From Planctomycetota bacterium (GTDB lineage Bacteria; Planctomycetota; UBA1135; UBA2386), in NCBI GenBank assembly GCA_965228735.1, contig OZ245838.1, positions 3,520,001 through 3,584,000 of the forward strand: a stretch of 64,000 nt of DNA, read 5' to 3'. Within the stretch, counting starts at the first letter, position 1. Each line of letters opens with the position of its first letter. Made by a program: the position numbers and the translations under genes. The notes below the pieces were generated by a model. That model did no database searches. It was not told where the DNA came from and saw only the letters and a program-made list of their open reading frames with translations. This document shows, in pieces, positions 28,351 through 38,416 of this stretch.

Positions 28351-28943
28351 AGCTGCAGAAGCTCGTCGACGACGCCCCCACCGTTCGGATCGAGACCGAA
28401 CGACTCGTGCTCCGGCCGATGACCGAGGCCGATCTGCCGACCGCGATCGCGCACGAACAGGACTGCACGATCATGCAGTGGATCCGCGATCCCGCGCCGC
28501 TCGCCGAGACCGAGGCCCGTTGCCGCTCGGCGCTCGAACCGTGGGACGGCGCCGACGGGCGATGGCGTCTGCTCGCGATCGAGGCCCGGCCGGAAGCCGG
28601 GGTCGACCTGCAGGAGATGCTCGGCATCGTGTGCTTCCGGGTAACCGTCCGTGACTACGAGACGATGGAGTTCGGCTACCGACTGACGCCGAAGGTGCAT
28701 CGCCGCGGTTTCGGCTACGAGGCGTGCTCGGCCCTGCTCGAGTATCTGTTCGAAACGGGCGAGGTCCGCCGCGTCGTCGCGCTGTGCGTCACGGAGAACG
28801 AAGCCTCGTGGCGGCTCATGGAGAAGCTCGGCATGCGCCGCGAAGGAGTGTTCCAGGAGTACTCGATGCTCGCCGGTGAATGGCGCGACGAGTTGTCCTA
28901 CGGCATGCTGCGACGCGAGTGGCTGGCGGCCCGAGGGCAATGA
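28347..28943 (+). CDS. GNAT N-acetyltransferase (RimJ/RimL-like)
   Basis: ETERLVLRP, EFGY..RRGFGYEA and N.ASWRLMEKLGMRREG. Confidence 0.9.
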   Translation: MKLQKLVDDAPTVRIETERLVLRPMTEADLPTAIAHEQDCTIMQWIRDPAPLAETEARCRSALEPWDGADGRWRLLAIEARPEAGVDLQEMLGIVCFRVTVRDYETMEFGYRLTPKVHRRGFGYEACSALLEYLFETGEVRRVVALCVTENEASWRLMEKLGMRREGVFQEYSMLAGEWRDELSYGMLRREWLAARGQ

Positions 28944-28946
28944 GGC

Positions 28947-30365
28947 TCAAAAACCCCCGCCGGTGCTGAACCCACCGCCGCCGCCGCCGCCGAAGCCGCC
29001 ACCGCTGCTGAAGCCGCCGAAACTACCGAAGCCGGATCCCGAGCTGCCCAGAGCGTTGCCGAAGGTCCCGATCATCGACCCCGAAGAGCGCCAGCTCTGA
29101 CTCCGGCGCAGCTGCTGGAAGACCTCGGAACGCCGCATCGAACCCCGCAGCAAGCCACCGAGCAGGAAGCCGATGTCGAAGTCGTCGTCGAAGACCGAGT
29201 TGCTCGACTCGTAGTCCTGCGCGCGGAAGTCGCGTTCGATGCGTTCGACGTCGGTGACGCGCCGATTCGCGGTCTCGAGATCACGTTCGGCGGCGGCGAG
29301 CTGCGGACGGACGCCGTCCGCCGCCGACCGCGCCCGCCCGATCGCCCGCACGAGCTCGTCGTCCGCATCCGTCGCGGTCGCGAGCGCATCCTGCCGAAGG
29401 GTCGCGACGTCCTCGTTCGCCATCTGTTGCTCGAGCAGTGACTCGGCGCGATTCGTGAACGGATCGCGACCCGCGTTGAGCGCCTGCTCCGCGGCGCACA
29501 ACCGATCCTGCCGCGCCTCGGCGACGACCACGGCCTGCTCCGCCGCGTCGAGATCGCGTTGGGCGCCAGTCAGCCGGTCCTGCAACTCGGTCGCGCCGTC
29601 CGCGGCGAGCGCAGCATCCTCGAGTTCGACGACCCGCGCCCGTTCGGCCGCGGCTCGCGCAGCCAGCTCGTCTGCGTGCGCGCGCAGGCGGACCGGAATC
29701 TCGAGGAGCAGACCGTAATCGCGATGAGCCTTGCCGTAGTCACACAGCCCCGCAACCCAGCCGTCGAGCGCCGCAATGACCGGATACGGTCGGTACTCCT
29801 CGAAGCGATACCGGCGTTTCCAGAGATACGAGAACAACGGGTCGGCCTCGTACGGCCGACGCTTCTCGTCGCGATCGGCCTCGGCCTGCTCGGCCTTCGC
29901 GCCGGCGTTCCTGGCCTGCCCCGCCGCGAACTCGGCGTGGCCCTTCTGGGCCGTGTATTCCTCCTCCTGCGCGAGACGCGCGCGCGTGGCCTCGACCTGC
30001 GCGCGGTACGCGGCGGCGCACTCGTCGCGATGGTCGAGTCTGGCGCTGCGCTCCTCGATGAGCGGCACGAGCGCGGCCGCACCATCGCTGATCTCACGTG
30101 CGAGCCGTTCGAGCTCGCGCTCACGATCCGCCAGCACTGCGAGCGCGGCCCTGTCGGCCTCGTCGATCCGCCGCGCTGCTGCCCCGCCGGCCAGCACGCC
30201 GAGGCGAACGCTCGCGAGCTTCGCGAGGCAGCGCGCTTCCTCGGAACGCGCCGCCTCGACCTGCTGGCGCAGATCGTGAACCCGCGTCGAAGCGGCCGCG
30301 GCGTTGCTGCGCGCCTCGCGCAGGTCCCGGCGGATCTCCCGCAGCACGGATTTGCCAGAACGCAT
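28947..30365 (-). CDS. Conserved hypothetical coiled-coil protein with a Gly-rich C-terminus (...GGFSTGGGF)
   Basis: Long Ala/Glu/Arg helices, aromatic core YEADPLFSYLWKRRY...LDGWVAGLCDY...EIPVRL; third gene of an operon. Confidence 0.75.
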   Translation of the reverse strand: MRSGKSVLREIRRDLREARSNAAAASTRVHDLRQQVEAARSEEARCLAKLASVRLGVLAGGAAARRIDEADRAALAVLADRERELERLAREISDGAAALVPLIEERSARLDHRDECAAAYRAQVEATRARLAQEEEYTAQKGHAEFAAGQARNAGAKAEQAEADRDEKRRPYEADPLFSYLWKRRYRFEEYRPYPVIAALDGWVAGLCDYGKAHRDYGLLLEIPVRLRAHADELAARAAAERARVVELEDAALAADGATELQDRLTGAQRDLDAAEQAVVVAEARQDRLCAAEQALNAGRDPFTNRAESLLEQQMANEDVATLRQDALATATDADDELVRAIGRARSAADGVRPQLAAAERDLETANRRVTDVERIERDFRAQDYESSNSVFDDDFDIGFLLGGLLRGSMRRSEVFQQLRRSQSWRSSGSMIGTFGNALGSSGSGFGSFGGFSSGGGFGGGGGGGFSTGGGF

Positions 30366-30367
30366 GC

Positions 30368-31876
30368 TCACCACCTCGTGATCTTGCCGCCGACGACGTC
30401 GAACGAACGGGCGTAGTCCGGCTCGAGGCGCCCGCGCCGCTTCGTGCCGAACGTGCTGCGATCGATGATGCCGTTGTCGAGCTTGTCGGCCTTGACGCGC
30501 TCGTAGGTCGCCTCGCTCACGCGGATGCCGAACTTGCGCACCCGGCTCGTGCGGCCCGTCTCCTCGTTCTCGATCGGCAGCGTCAGGCGTTCGCCGCTCG
30601 AGCTGATCGCCTCGACGATGATGTAGTAGTTGCGGGCGCGCCGGTTGTTGTTCGGGTGACGCCATACGCCACTGCGCTGGTTGCGTCGCGTCAGGATACG
30701 CAGTTCGTACTCCTGGCCCACGTGCTCGACGAGCGCTTCGAGCTGACCGAGCCGGCTCGCCATGGCGTCCGCATCACTGCCCGCAATCGCCTGCTCGAGT
30801 GCTGTGGCGAGGTTGTCGAAGCGCTCGGTCGCGGCTTCCTCGGCCCCCAAGCCTGCGAACGTCGCCCGCAGCGCCGCGAGCTTCGCCGCGAGCTCGGTGC
30901 GCTGCTGCTTCGCCCGCACGGTTGCCTGCACGAACTTCTCGAGCTCGAACAACGCTGCGCTCGCGTCCTCCGCGTCACCCGCGTGGATCTGCGCCTCGAT
31001 TGCGCGAACCTCGCCCTGGGCGCGCGCGAGCGCTGCAGGCGCGAACCCGAGCGACCCGACGCGCGCCGCGATCGCCTGCACCTCGTCGTAGAGGCGCCGC
31101 AGTTCGGCGATCCTGGCCAACAGTCCCCGAGCCTGCTCGAACGCCGATTCCGCGTCCGCGGCGACCTCCTCGGCGACTTCGACGGCCGCGTCCCAGCTCG
31201 CGCGCTCGGCGAGATACCGTTCGCCGCCGGCGCCATCCTCGTCGACTTCGGGCAGGCGCGCGATGGCCGTCGCGAACGTCTCGGCCTGACCTTCGCCGCG
31301 CAGCAGCGCGTTGTTCGTCTCGTCGAACAACCGCTGCACGGTCACGGGACTCGCGATGGCAGCGGCGGCATCGAGTTCACGACGCAGCTCGGTTCCGACC
31401 GCAGTGAGGCGCGACGACCGCGCAGCGAACCCACCCACCACGTCTTCGAACGCGGCAATCGCGTTCTGCTCACCGATGTAGCGCGGGATCGCGACGGCGG
31501 CCCACATGCCGGCGACGACGAGCACCACGAGACCGGCTCGCAACAACCACTTCGTCCGCTCGACGTAGATCTCCGCGAGCCACACGTGGAACGAGCGCTC
31601 CGGTGGCGTGTACACGAACCGGTCCTCGCGCAGGGCCGCGACGCCCTCCGCGATCACGCTCTCGTCGACGTCGATGCCCTGCGAGTCGTAGATCGCCCGG
31701 ATGCGGGCCACCAGCTCCTGCTGCCGCCGATCGTCGTCGAGTTCGATTGCGACGAGCTCGCGCTGATGCCGCAGCGTGTCGACGACGTCCATCGCGAGCA
31801 TGACGCGATCGAGCCCGACCTCGGCGGCCGGGGCCTCGACTTCGTCAGTTCGCACTTCGGTCGCGGCGGCGCTCAC
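30368..31876 (-). CDS. DUF6384 family membrane protein
   Basis: LDRVMLAMDVVDTLRH, IY..QGI.V....I.EGV.AL.E.RF.Y.PP, one TM, C-terminal NYYIIVEA...NEETG...DK.DNGII...G.K.RG...W. Confidence 0.8.
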   Translation of the reverse strand: MSAAATEVRTDEVEAPAAEVGLDRVMLAMDVVDTLRHQRELVAIELDDDRRQQELVARIRAIYDSQGIDVDESVIAEGVAALREDRFVYTPPERSFHVWLAEIYVERTKWLLRAGLVVLVVAGMWAAVAIPRYIGEQNAIAAFEDVVGGFAARSSRLTAVGTELRRELDAAAAIASPVTVQRLFDETNNALLRGEGQAETFATAIARLPEVDEDGAGGERYLAERASWDAAVEVAEEVAADAESAFEQARGLLARIAELRRLYDEVQAIAARVGSLGFAPAALARAQGEVRAIEAQIHAGDAEDASAALFELEKFVQATVRAKQQRTELAAKLAALRATFAGLGAEEAATERFDNLATALEQAIAGSDADAMASRLGQLEALVEHVGQEYELRILTRRNQRSGVWRHPNNNRRARNYYIIVEAISSSGERLTLPIENEETGRTSRVRKFGIRVSEATYERVKADKLDNGIIDRSTFGTKRRGRLEPDYARSFDVVGGKITRW

Positions 31877-33075
31877 TCGGCCGCTGCCCCCGGAGCCGGC
31901 AACAGCGCGACGCGGTTCTGCAGTTCGACCATGCGCTGCTTGCCGGACTCGACCGCCGCCGTGACCTCGGCCTCGTTGCGCGTGCTGAGCTCGCGCATCT
32001 CGTCGATGATGCGATGGCTGCGCTCCTGGTAGTCGACGATCGCGTCGACGAGCTTCTTCACCGACTCGGCGCGAATCGTCGGGCCGTACCCGGCCCTGAG
32101 CGCGGCCTCCTGGATCTCGGACCCGACCTCACCGAGCGTCTCGAGGCTCTTGTTGATCCCGTCCTTCATCGCCTCGAGCGTCTGCGTGCTCTCGTGCAAG
32201 CCGTGCAAACCGGTGAACGACGCCGCCAGCGCGGTGAAGACCGTCTCGTTGGTGCCGAAGAACGTGACCGACTGCGAGTAGACGCGCTCCTTGGCGTCCG
32301 TGATCTGCGCGATGCGAGCCATCACGACCTCGGTCGTGCTGTAGGCGATCGACAGGTTCTCGGCGAGGTCCTTCGCGATCTGGTAGCGCTTGTCCTCGTT
32401 CTGCACGGCCTGCAGCGCGAGGTCGCGCGTCAGCTCGAGCTGCGCCCGCTGCGCCGCGTCGCCGCCGTCCGCGTTGGCATCGACGAACTGCTGCAGCGCG
32501 GCGGCCGCCATCTCGAGCTTGGCCTTCTTGCCGGCGAGCGCGGTCTCGGCCTTCTGCAGCACCTCGAACCCGAGCACCTGCGCCTGCTTCAACGCGGCGC
32601 GGAAGTCGCTGTAGGCCTGCAGGATCGTCTGCTCGCGCTGCACCTGCTCGCGCGTGTCCTTGGCCACCTCGAGGTAGGTCGACTTGATCTTCGCGAAGCG
32701 CGCCGGGATGTCGCCACGGGTGACCTTCATCCAGATGTTGGACAGCCGCTCGAACGTGTCGATCTTGTTGTCCGCCATCTGGTCGACCATGCGCTTGCTG
32801 TCGTCGCGGATCGAATCGAACGCGCTCGTGATCTCGCGGTAGCGCTCACCGATCTTCACGGCCTCGATCTGTTCGCGCACGACCTCGTTGAACAGCGAGG
32901 CCTGCGACAGGGTGCGCGCGATCGCCGCCGTGTTCTCGGGATCGAGCGGGCTGACGCGATCGATCAGCGCGACGATCGGCGCGGGCTCGGGCTCGGACTT
33001 GATGAGGCCGAGATGGCGCAGGGCGCCGAGCGCGGTGTCGAGGAACTTGAGAGGGGTCGAGCGGGTTTCGGTCAT
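31873..33075 (-). CDS. All-helical conserved protein (so-called cell surface protein; TelA-like architecture)
   Basis: FNEVVREQI...ERY..I...FDSIRDD, WMK.TRG.I..RF.KI, EDKRYQIAKDL and AGYGPTI; AGGAGG RBS before ATG 33075. Confidence 0.7.
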   Translation of the reverse strand: MTETRSTPLKFLDTALGALRHLGLIKSEPEPAPIVALIDRVSPLDPENTAAIARTLSQASLFNEVVREQIEAVKIGERYREITSAFDSIRDDSKRMVDQMADNKIDTFERLSNIWMKVTRGDIPARFAKIKSTYLEVAKDTREQVQREQTILQAYSDFRAALKQAQVLGFEVLQKAETALAGKKAKLEMAAAALQQFVDANADGGDAAQRAQLELTRDLALQAVQNEDKRYQIAKDLAENLSIAYSTTEVVMARIAQITDAKERVYSQSVTFFGTNETVFTALAASFTGLHGLHESTQTLEAMKDGINKSLETLGEVGSEIQEAALRAGYGPTIRAESVKKLVDAIVDYQERSHRIIDEMRELSTRNEAEVTAAVESGKQRMVELQNRVALLPAPGAAAE

Positions 33076-33256
33076 GGTCCTCCTGCGGCCAAGCGGAACG
33101 AGAATCGCGCGGCGGGCACGCGTCAAGCTCTGGCTCGGTGCATGTCGGCAAGGAGGGGCCGACCGGGTGCAACGGGTGTGCCCCGGGTTCGCTACCGGCC
33201 AGAGAAGCGGGAAAGAGAGAGTGGCCGAACGCGGGCCCAACCTGTCGCATCACGGT

Positions 33257-36200
33257 ATGGCACTTCCGTCCTCTCGCGCGCTCTGCTGGCTGATCGCCGC
33301 CACCCTTACCCCCGGCGGCACCGGATTCCTGCTCGCCCAACACGACGAAGGCGGGGCCGAGCAGGACGGTCCGATGCGCGTCGTAGCCGCGTCCGACGAC
33401 GCGCAGAAGCAGATCCCGAGCTTCGAGCTCGGCCCCGGGCTCGTCTGTGACGTCGTCGCGGCCGAACCCGACATCTGCAACATCGTGGCGTTCGCGATCG
33501 ACGACCGCGGCCGGCTCTACGCGGCCGAGACGTTTCGCATCAAGGACGGCGTGTTCGACAACCGCAGCTACATGCAGTGGAAGGACCGCGACCTCGCGTG
33601 CCTGACCGTCGCCGACCGGGTGAAGAAGTACGAGGAGTTCCTCGCCGACGATCTCGAGCGGCTCGCGAAGTACAGCGAGCGGGTGCGCATGCTCGTCGAC
33701 ACGGACAAGAACGGCACGTTCGACCGCAGCACCGTGTTTGCCACGGGCTTCAACGCGCTCGCTGATGGCATCGCGTCCGGCGTGTTGCCGGTCGGCGACG
33801 ACGTCTACTTCACGAACATCCCCAAGCTCTGGCGACTGCGCGACACGAACGACGACGGCGTCGCCGACGAACGCGAGGCGCTGCACGACGGCTACGGCGT
33901 GCACACGTCGCTGATCGGTCACGACCTGCACGGCCTCGTGGTCGGCCCGGACCGGCGGCTCTACTTCTCGATCGGCGACCGCGGGTTGCACGTCGAGCAC
34001 GAGGGCAAGACGCACGCCTATCCCCACGAAGGCGCGGTGCTGCGCTGCGAGCTCGACGGCAGCGATCTCGAGGTCGTGCACCGCGGCCTGCGCAACCCGC
34101 AGGAGCTGGCCTTCGACAAGTACGGCGACCTGTTCACGGGCGACAACAACAGCGACGGCGGCGACAAGGCCCGGCTCGTGCAGATCGTGCCCGGCGCCGA
34201 CAGCGGCTGGCGCATCGGCTACCAGTGGCTGAGCGACCGCGGCGCCTGGAACCGCGAGAAGCTCTGGCATCCGCGGCACCCAGAACAGCCCGCCTGGATC
34301 CTGCCGCCGATCAGCAACTTCGCGAACGGTCCGTCGGGCTTCGCCTACGATCCGGGCGTCGGTCTCGACGAACGCTACCGCGACTGCTTCTTCCTCTGCG
34401 ACTTCCGCGGCGGCGCGGCCTACAGCGGGGTCTTCGCCGTTCGGCTCGAGCGCGCGGGTGCCGGCTACGAGCTCGAGTCCGTGAGCAAACCCGTGTGGCG
34501 GGCGCTCGCGACCGACATCGACTTCGGCCCTGACGGCGCGCTCTACTTCAGCGACTGGGTCACGGGCTGGGACAAGACCGGCAAGGGCCGCATCTATCGC
34601 GTGCGCACCCCGCAGATGCGGAACGACATGGCGTTGCGCAACAACGTGCGGCTGCTCGCGAGCGACCTCTTGACGCGCCCCGTCGGCCAGTTGCGCGCGC
34701 TGCTGTCGCACGCCGATCGCCGCATCCGGCAGAAGGCGCAGTTCGCGCTCGTCGACCAGGGTGCGACCGACGTGCTCGCGGCGGTCGCGGCCGACGAACC
34801 CGATCGCATCGCGCGCCTGCACGGCGTCTGGGGCCTCGGCGTTCTCGCGCGCAAGGACCGCGCCGTGCTCGCCAAGGTCGAACCGCTGCTCGACGACGGC
34901 GACAGCGAAGTGCGCGCCGCGGCCGCCCGCGTCGTCGGCGATCTGCGGCACCGCGAGAGCGAGGACAAGCTGAGCAAGCTGCTGGGCGATCCGAGTTCGC
35001 GCGTTCGCCGTGAGGCCGCCCTCGCGCTCGCACGCCTCGGACCCGCCATGGGCAAGACCGGCAAGCAGGCGTTGATCGGCTTGCTGCGGCACAATGCGGA
35101 TCGCGACGCCGTGCTCCGCCATGCCGCCGTGCATGCGCTGTCGCAGATCGACGACGGCGGATTCCTGCACCGCCACATGCGTGACGAGAGCCCCGCCGTC
35201 CAGCTCGGCGTGCTGCTCGCGCTCGCGCGTCGTGGCGACGCCAAGGTCGCGGAGTTCTTGCGGCACGACGACGCGCAGCTGCGGTTCGAAGCGGCGCGCG
35301 CGATCTACGAGACGCCGATCCCCGCAGCGATGCGCGAGCTCGCGCTGCTCGCGGGCGACGACCGCGCCGACTCGGATCGGATCGACTGGCGCGCGCTGAA
35401 CGCCAACCGAGTGATCGGCGACGTCGAGTGCGGCGAACGACTCGTGCACGCGGCCCAACTCGCGGCGCACTCGCGCAAGACGCGCGTCGAGGCCATCGAG
35501 ATTCTCGCCGAATGGAACGCTCCACACGGCCAGGACCGCATCTTCGGCAACTGGCGGCCGTCGGAGCACGCGGACGCCGAGCGCGTCGCGGACACGTTCG
35601 CGGGCTTGCTCCCCGAGCTCCTGCAGGACGACGACGCCGCGATCGCCGCGGCGGCGGCCAAGGCCGCGGGCCAGTTGAAGCTGACCGACACGGCCGCTGC
35701 GCTGGCCGAACTGGTCGCGGCGGACAAGGCCGATGTCGCAGCCCGACTCGCGGCGCTCGACGCGCTGAACGCGATGAACGCGAAGCAGCTGCCGCAGGCC
35801 GTGGAAGGCATCGAGAGCGACGCGCCCGAACGGCTGCGCAAGCGCGCCGTCGAGCTGCTGTCGAAGACCGACCCCGAACGCGCCGTCCCGCTGCTCGCGA
35901 CGCTCGCGAGCAACGCGTCGCTGTCGGAGCGCCAGGCCGCGTTCACGGCGCTCGGCGACCTGCAGCACAGCAGCGCCACCGCCGTTCTGCGCGAATGGCT
36001 CGGCAAGCTCAGCAAGGACGATGACGCGGTGCCGAAGGGCGCGCAGCTCGAACTGCTCACGGCCGCGAAGAAGCACGCCGACGACACGTTGCAGAACACG
36101 CTCGCAGCCATCGAGAAGCGCGCCGCGGCGGCCGGGCCGCTCGGTCCGTGGCAGGTCAGCCTCGAGGGCGGCAACCGGCGCGCCGGGCGCCGCATCTTCT

Positions 36201-36595
36201 TCGACAACGAGGCGACGCGCTGCACGCGCTGCCACAAGCTCGGCGACAACGGCGGCGACGCCGGGCCAGCGCTCGACGCGATCGGCAAGCTTCGCGACCG
36301 TGCGTACCTGCTCGAGGCGCTGATCACGCCGTCCGCGAAGATCGCCGAAGGCTTCGGCTCGACGACCGTCACGATGCACAGCGGCGACATCAAGACGGGC
36401 TTCATCACGCGCGACTCCGGCGGCTCCCTCACGATCGTCGACGTCGACGGCAACGCGACCGACATCACCTGGGACCGCATCAAGAGCCGGGCGTCGAACA
36501 GCGCGAGCGCGATGCCCGCGATGAGCAACGTGCTCGACCGCCGCCAGATCCGCGACCTGATCGAGTTCCTCGCGAACCAGGAGAAGGCCAAGTAG
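33257..36595 (+). CDS. PVC-type haem-binding CxxCH protein (sugar-dehydrogenase-like propeller + HEAT repeats + cytochrome c)
   Basis: Signal peptide; GHDLHGL, GLRNPQEL and GDNNSDGGD; HEAT repeats; C-terminal CTRCH...GP.L...SAMP. Confidence 0.9.
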   Translation: MALPSSRALCWLIAATLTPGGTGFLLAQHDEGGAEQDGPMRVVAASDDAQKQIPSFELGPGLVCDVVAAEPDICNIVAFAIDDRGRLYAAETFRIKDGVFDNRSYMQWKDRDLACLTVADRVKKYEEFLADDLERLAKYSERVRMLVDTDKNGTFDRSTVFATGFNALADGIASGVLPVGDDVYFTNIPKLWRLRDTNDDGVADEREALHDGYGVHTSLIGHDLHGLVVGPDRRLYFSIGDRGLHVEHEGKTHAYPHEGAVLRCELDGSDLEVVHRGLRNPQELAFDKYGDLFTGDNNSDGGDKARLVQIVPGADSGWRIGYQWLSDRGAWNREKLWHPRHPEQPAWILPPISNFANGPSGFAYDPGVGLDERYRDCFFLCDFRGGAAYSGVFAVRLERAGAGYELESVSKPVWRALATDIDFGPDGALYFSDWVTGWDKTGKGRIYRVRTPQMRNDMALRNNVRLLASDLLTRPVGQLRALLSHADRRIRQKAQFALVDQGATDVLAAVAADEPDRIARLHGVWGLGVLARKDRAVLAKVEPLLDDGDSEVRAAAARVVGDLRHRESEDKLSKLLGDPSSRVRREAALALARLGPAMGKTGKQALIGLLRHNADRDAVLRHAAVHALSQIDDGGFLHRHMRDESPAVQLGVLLALARRGDAKVAEFLRHDDAQLRFEAARAIYETPIPAAMRELALLAGDDRADSDRIDWRALNANRVIGDVECGERLVHAAQLAAHSRKTRVEAIEILAEWNAPHGQDRIFGNWRPSEHADAERVADTFAGLLPELLQDDDAAIAAAAAKAAGQLKLTDTAAALAELVAADKADVAARLAALDALNAMNAKQLPQAVEGIESDAPERLRKRAVELLSKTDPERAVPLLATLASNASLSERQAAFTALGDLQHSSATAVLREWLGKLSKDDDAVPKGAQLELLTAAKKHADDTLQNTLAAIEKRAAAAGPLGPWQVSLEGGNRRAGRRIFFDNEATRCTRCHKLGDNGGDAGPALDAIGKLRDRAYLLEALITPSAKIAEGFGSTTVTMHSGDIKTGFITRDSGGSLTIVDVDGNATDITWDRIKSRASNSASAMPAMSNVLDRRQIRDLIEFLANQEKAK

Positions 36596-36693
36596 CCAGG
36601 CCGGCTCCACCAGCACCGTGGGCGGTGAGCGCGACCTCGAAACGTGCTACGATCTACCCCCGGCAGGATCACTACCTCAGTGTGACTTCATCC

Positions 36694-37329
36694 ATGACGG
36701 CTCCATCCAGAATCCCCCGGCTGCAAGCCGGCGACGTGATGACCCGCGTGGAGTTCGAGCGCCGCTACTCGGCGATGCCGAACCTGAAGCACGCCGAACT
36801 CATCGAGGGAGTGGTGTACATGCCGTCACCGGTTCGATACTCGCAGCACGGCAGGCCGCACGCGGTGCTGGCCGGCTGGCTTTCTGACTACGAGCGGGCA
36901 ACGCCGGGGACGGCGTTCGGGATCGAAGCGACGTTCCGGATCGATCTCGACAACGAGGTGCAGCCCGACCTGATGCTGCGGCGCACCGACGAGCGCGCGA
37001 CCTCGCGCATCGACGAGGACTCCTACATCCAGGGCGTACCCGAGCTGCTGATCGAGGTCGCGGCGAGTTCGGTCAGCTACGATCTGCATCAGAAGAAGCG
37101 CGTCTACCGGCGTGCCGGGGTGCAGGAGTACCTGGTGCTGCGCGCCGAGGACGCGGCAGTCGACTGGTTCGTGCTGCGCGACGGCGAGTATCACCCGGAG
37201 GAGCCCGACGTCGCTGGCATCCTGCGGAGCAACGCGTTCCCGGGGCTGTGGCTCGACGTCCCCGCTCTCCTCGCGGGCGATACCGTGCAACTGACCGAGA
37301 CGCTCGCGCGGGGCATCGCCGCCCGCTGA
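36694..37329 (+). CDS. Uma2 family (DUF820) PD-(D/E)xK endonuclease-like protein
   Basis: AELIEGVVYMPSP, QPD, PELLIEVAASS..YD..K...Y...GV.EY and FPGLWL. Confidence 0.9.
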   Translation: MTAPSRIPRLQAGDVMTRVEFERRYSAMPNLKHAELIEGVVYMPSPVRYSQHGRPHAVLAGWLSDYERATPGTAFGIEATFRIDLDNEVQPDLMLRRTDERATSRIDEDSYIQGVPELLIEVAASSVSYDLHQKKRVYRRAGVQEYLVLRAEDAAVDWFVLRDGEYHPEEPDVAGILRSNAFPGLWLDVPALLAGDTVQLTETLARGIAAR

Positions 37330-37392
37330 AGGGCGCCAGCGGAATCGCGTGGGCGTGAGGCGTCACAGGAGGCGCCAGCTGAACAGGCAGTC

Positions 37393-38358
37393 TCAGCCGT
37401 CGGACGCCCGCGCCTTGTCCACCCGGCGCGCCCAGGCTTCCCAGGACGTCGCGCGACCGCCGGTCGGCGGTTTCACGGCACCCAGCTCCGCCGCGAGCTC
37501 GCGCATGAACCCGAGGTAGCCGTTGAGCTCCGTCTGCGCACTCGTCGCGTTCTTCCGCGCGGCCTCGACGAGCTTCTGGATGCGGCGCTGCTCCTGCTGC
37601 TTCCACTTGTCCTTGGTGCCGCGCCAGCGCTTCGGCACCCGGCGCGGCCGCTCGCGCTCCCGCTTCGCGAGGCGGTCCGTCTGCTCCTTTGCCTTCTTCT
37701 CGAGCAGGCGCACCTGCTTCACGGCAACCGCCATGCCCCCGGCGCGCGCGGCGGCCGCCCGGGCGATGCGCTGCCCCTGCTCCCCGGAACCGGCAACCAC
37801 GATCAGCGCCTCGTAGGCCGGCAGCACGCCATCGTCGTCGAAGCTCGTGAGCGTATCGACATAGGCTGCAAGAACGGGCGCCTCGGCCATGCAGCGTTCC
37901 AGCCCCGCCTTCGCAGCCTCTGCCGCCTTCGCCGCCGCATCGATTGCCTTCTTGAACCCCTTCGGATCCTCGAACATGTCCGGCAGATCGACGGGCTCCA
38001 GGCGCGCCGACTCCACGAGCTCGCTCCAGCGCTTCGCATACTCGCGGCTGCCGTCCGTCAGAGCACGCATCGCCTGGCTGCGATCGGGAGCGCGGCCGAC
38101 GAGAGGAATCGCGTGCAGCCGAACATCGACCGAGTCATCGACGAGGCCGACTGCAAGCGCCTTCGTCAGGGCCTCGGCGTCCTGCCGACCGGCCAGCGCC
38201 GCGATCGCATCCAACACCTCGATCTTCTTCGTCGTCGAACTCGCCCGTCGGTAGTCGGACAGCAGGCGCGCGAGCTCGGCCTCCTGAGCCGACAGACTCG
38301 CCAACCCGCCGAGCAACGCGGTCAACGCGGCGAGGGCACGGGAACGCAATTCGAACAT
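37393..38358 (-). CDS. Secreted hypothetical HEAT-repeat/helical protein
   Basis: Signal peptide ending ASLSA-Q; L.D.S.DVR..A HEAT motif; Lys/Arg-rich coiled segment. Confidence 0.6.
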   Translation of the reverse strand: MFELRSRALAALTALLGGLASLSAQEAELARLLSDYRRASSTTKKIEVLDAIAALAGRQDAEALTKALAVGLVDDSVDVRLHAIPLVGRAPDRSQAMRALTDGSREYAKRWSELVESARLEPVDLPDMFEDPKGFKKAIDAAAKAAEAAKAGLERCMAEAPVLAAYVDTLTSFDDDGVLPAYEALIVVAGSGEQGQRIARAAAARAGGMAVAVKQVRLLEKKAKEQTDRLAKRERERPRRVPKRWRGTKDKWKQQEQRRIQKLVEAARKNATSAQTELNGYLGFMRELAAELGAVKPPTGGRATSWEAWARRVDKARASDG

Positions 38359-38416
38359 GGCCGCAGGGTAGCAACCCGCCCGGGGAATCGCCCGACCCGA
38401 GGAGCCTGGGGCGCTC

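Noticed and set aside
32846..36616. 1256-aa minus-strand ORF (likewise 46981-49971, 57984-60848, 62034-63977, 4408-6159 and other long antisense ORFs)
   Set aside because: Antisense shadows of real genes caused by high GC3 and scarcity of stop codons; no domain motifs.
36694..37329. Uma2 nuclease as a defence or mobile element
   Set aside because: Solitary member of a widely expanded family, with no partner genes or terminal repeats.
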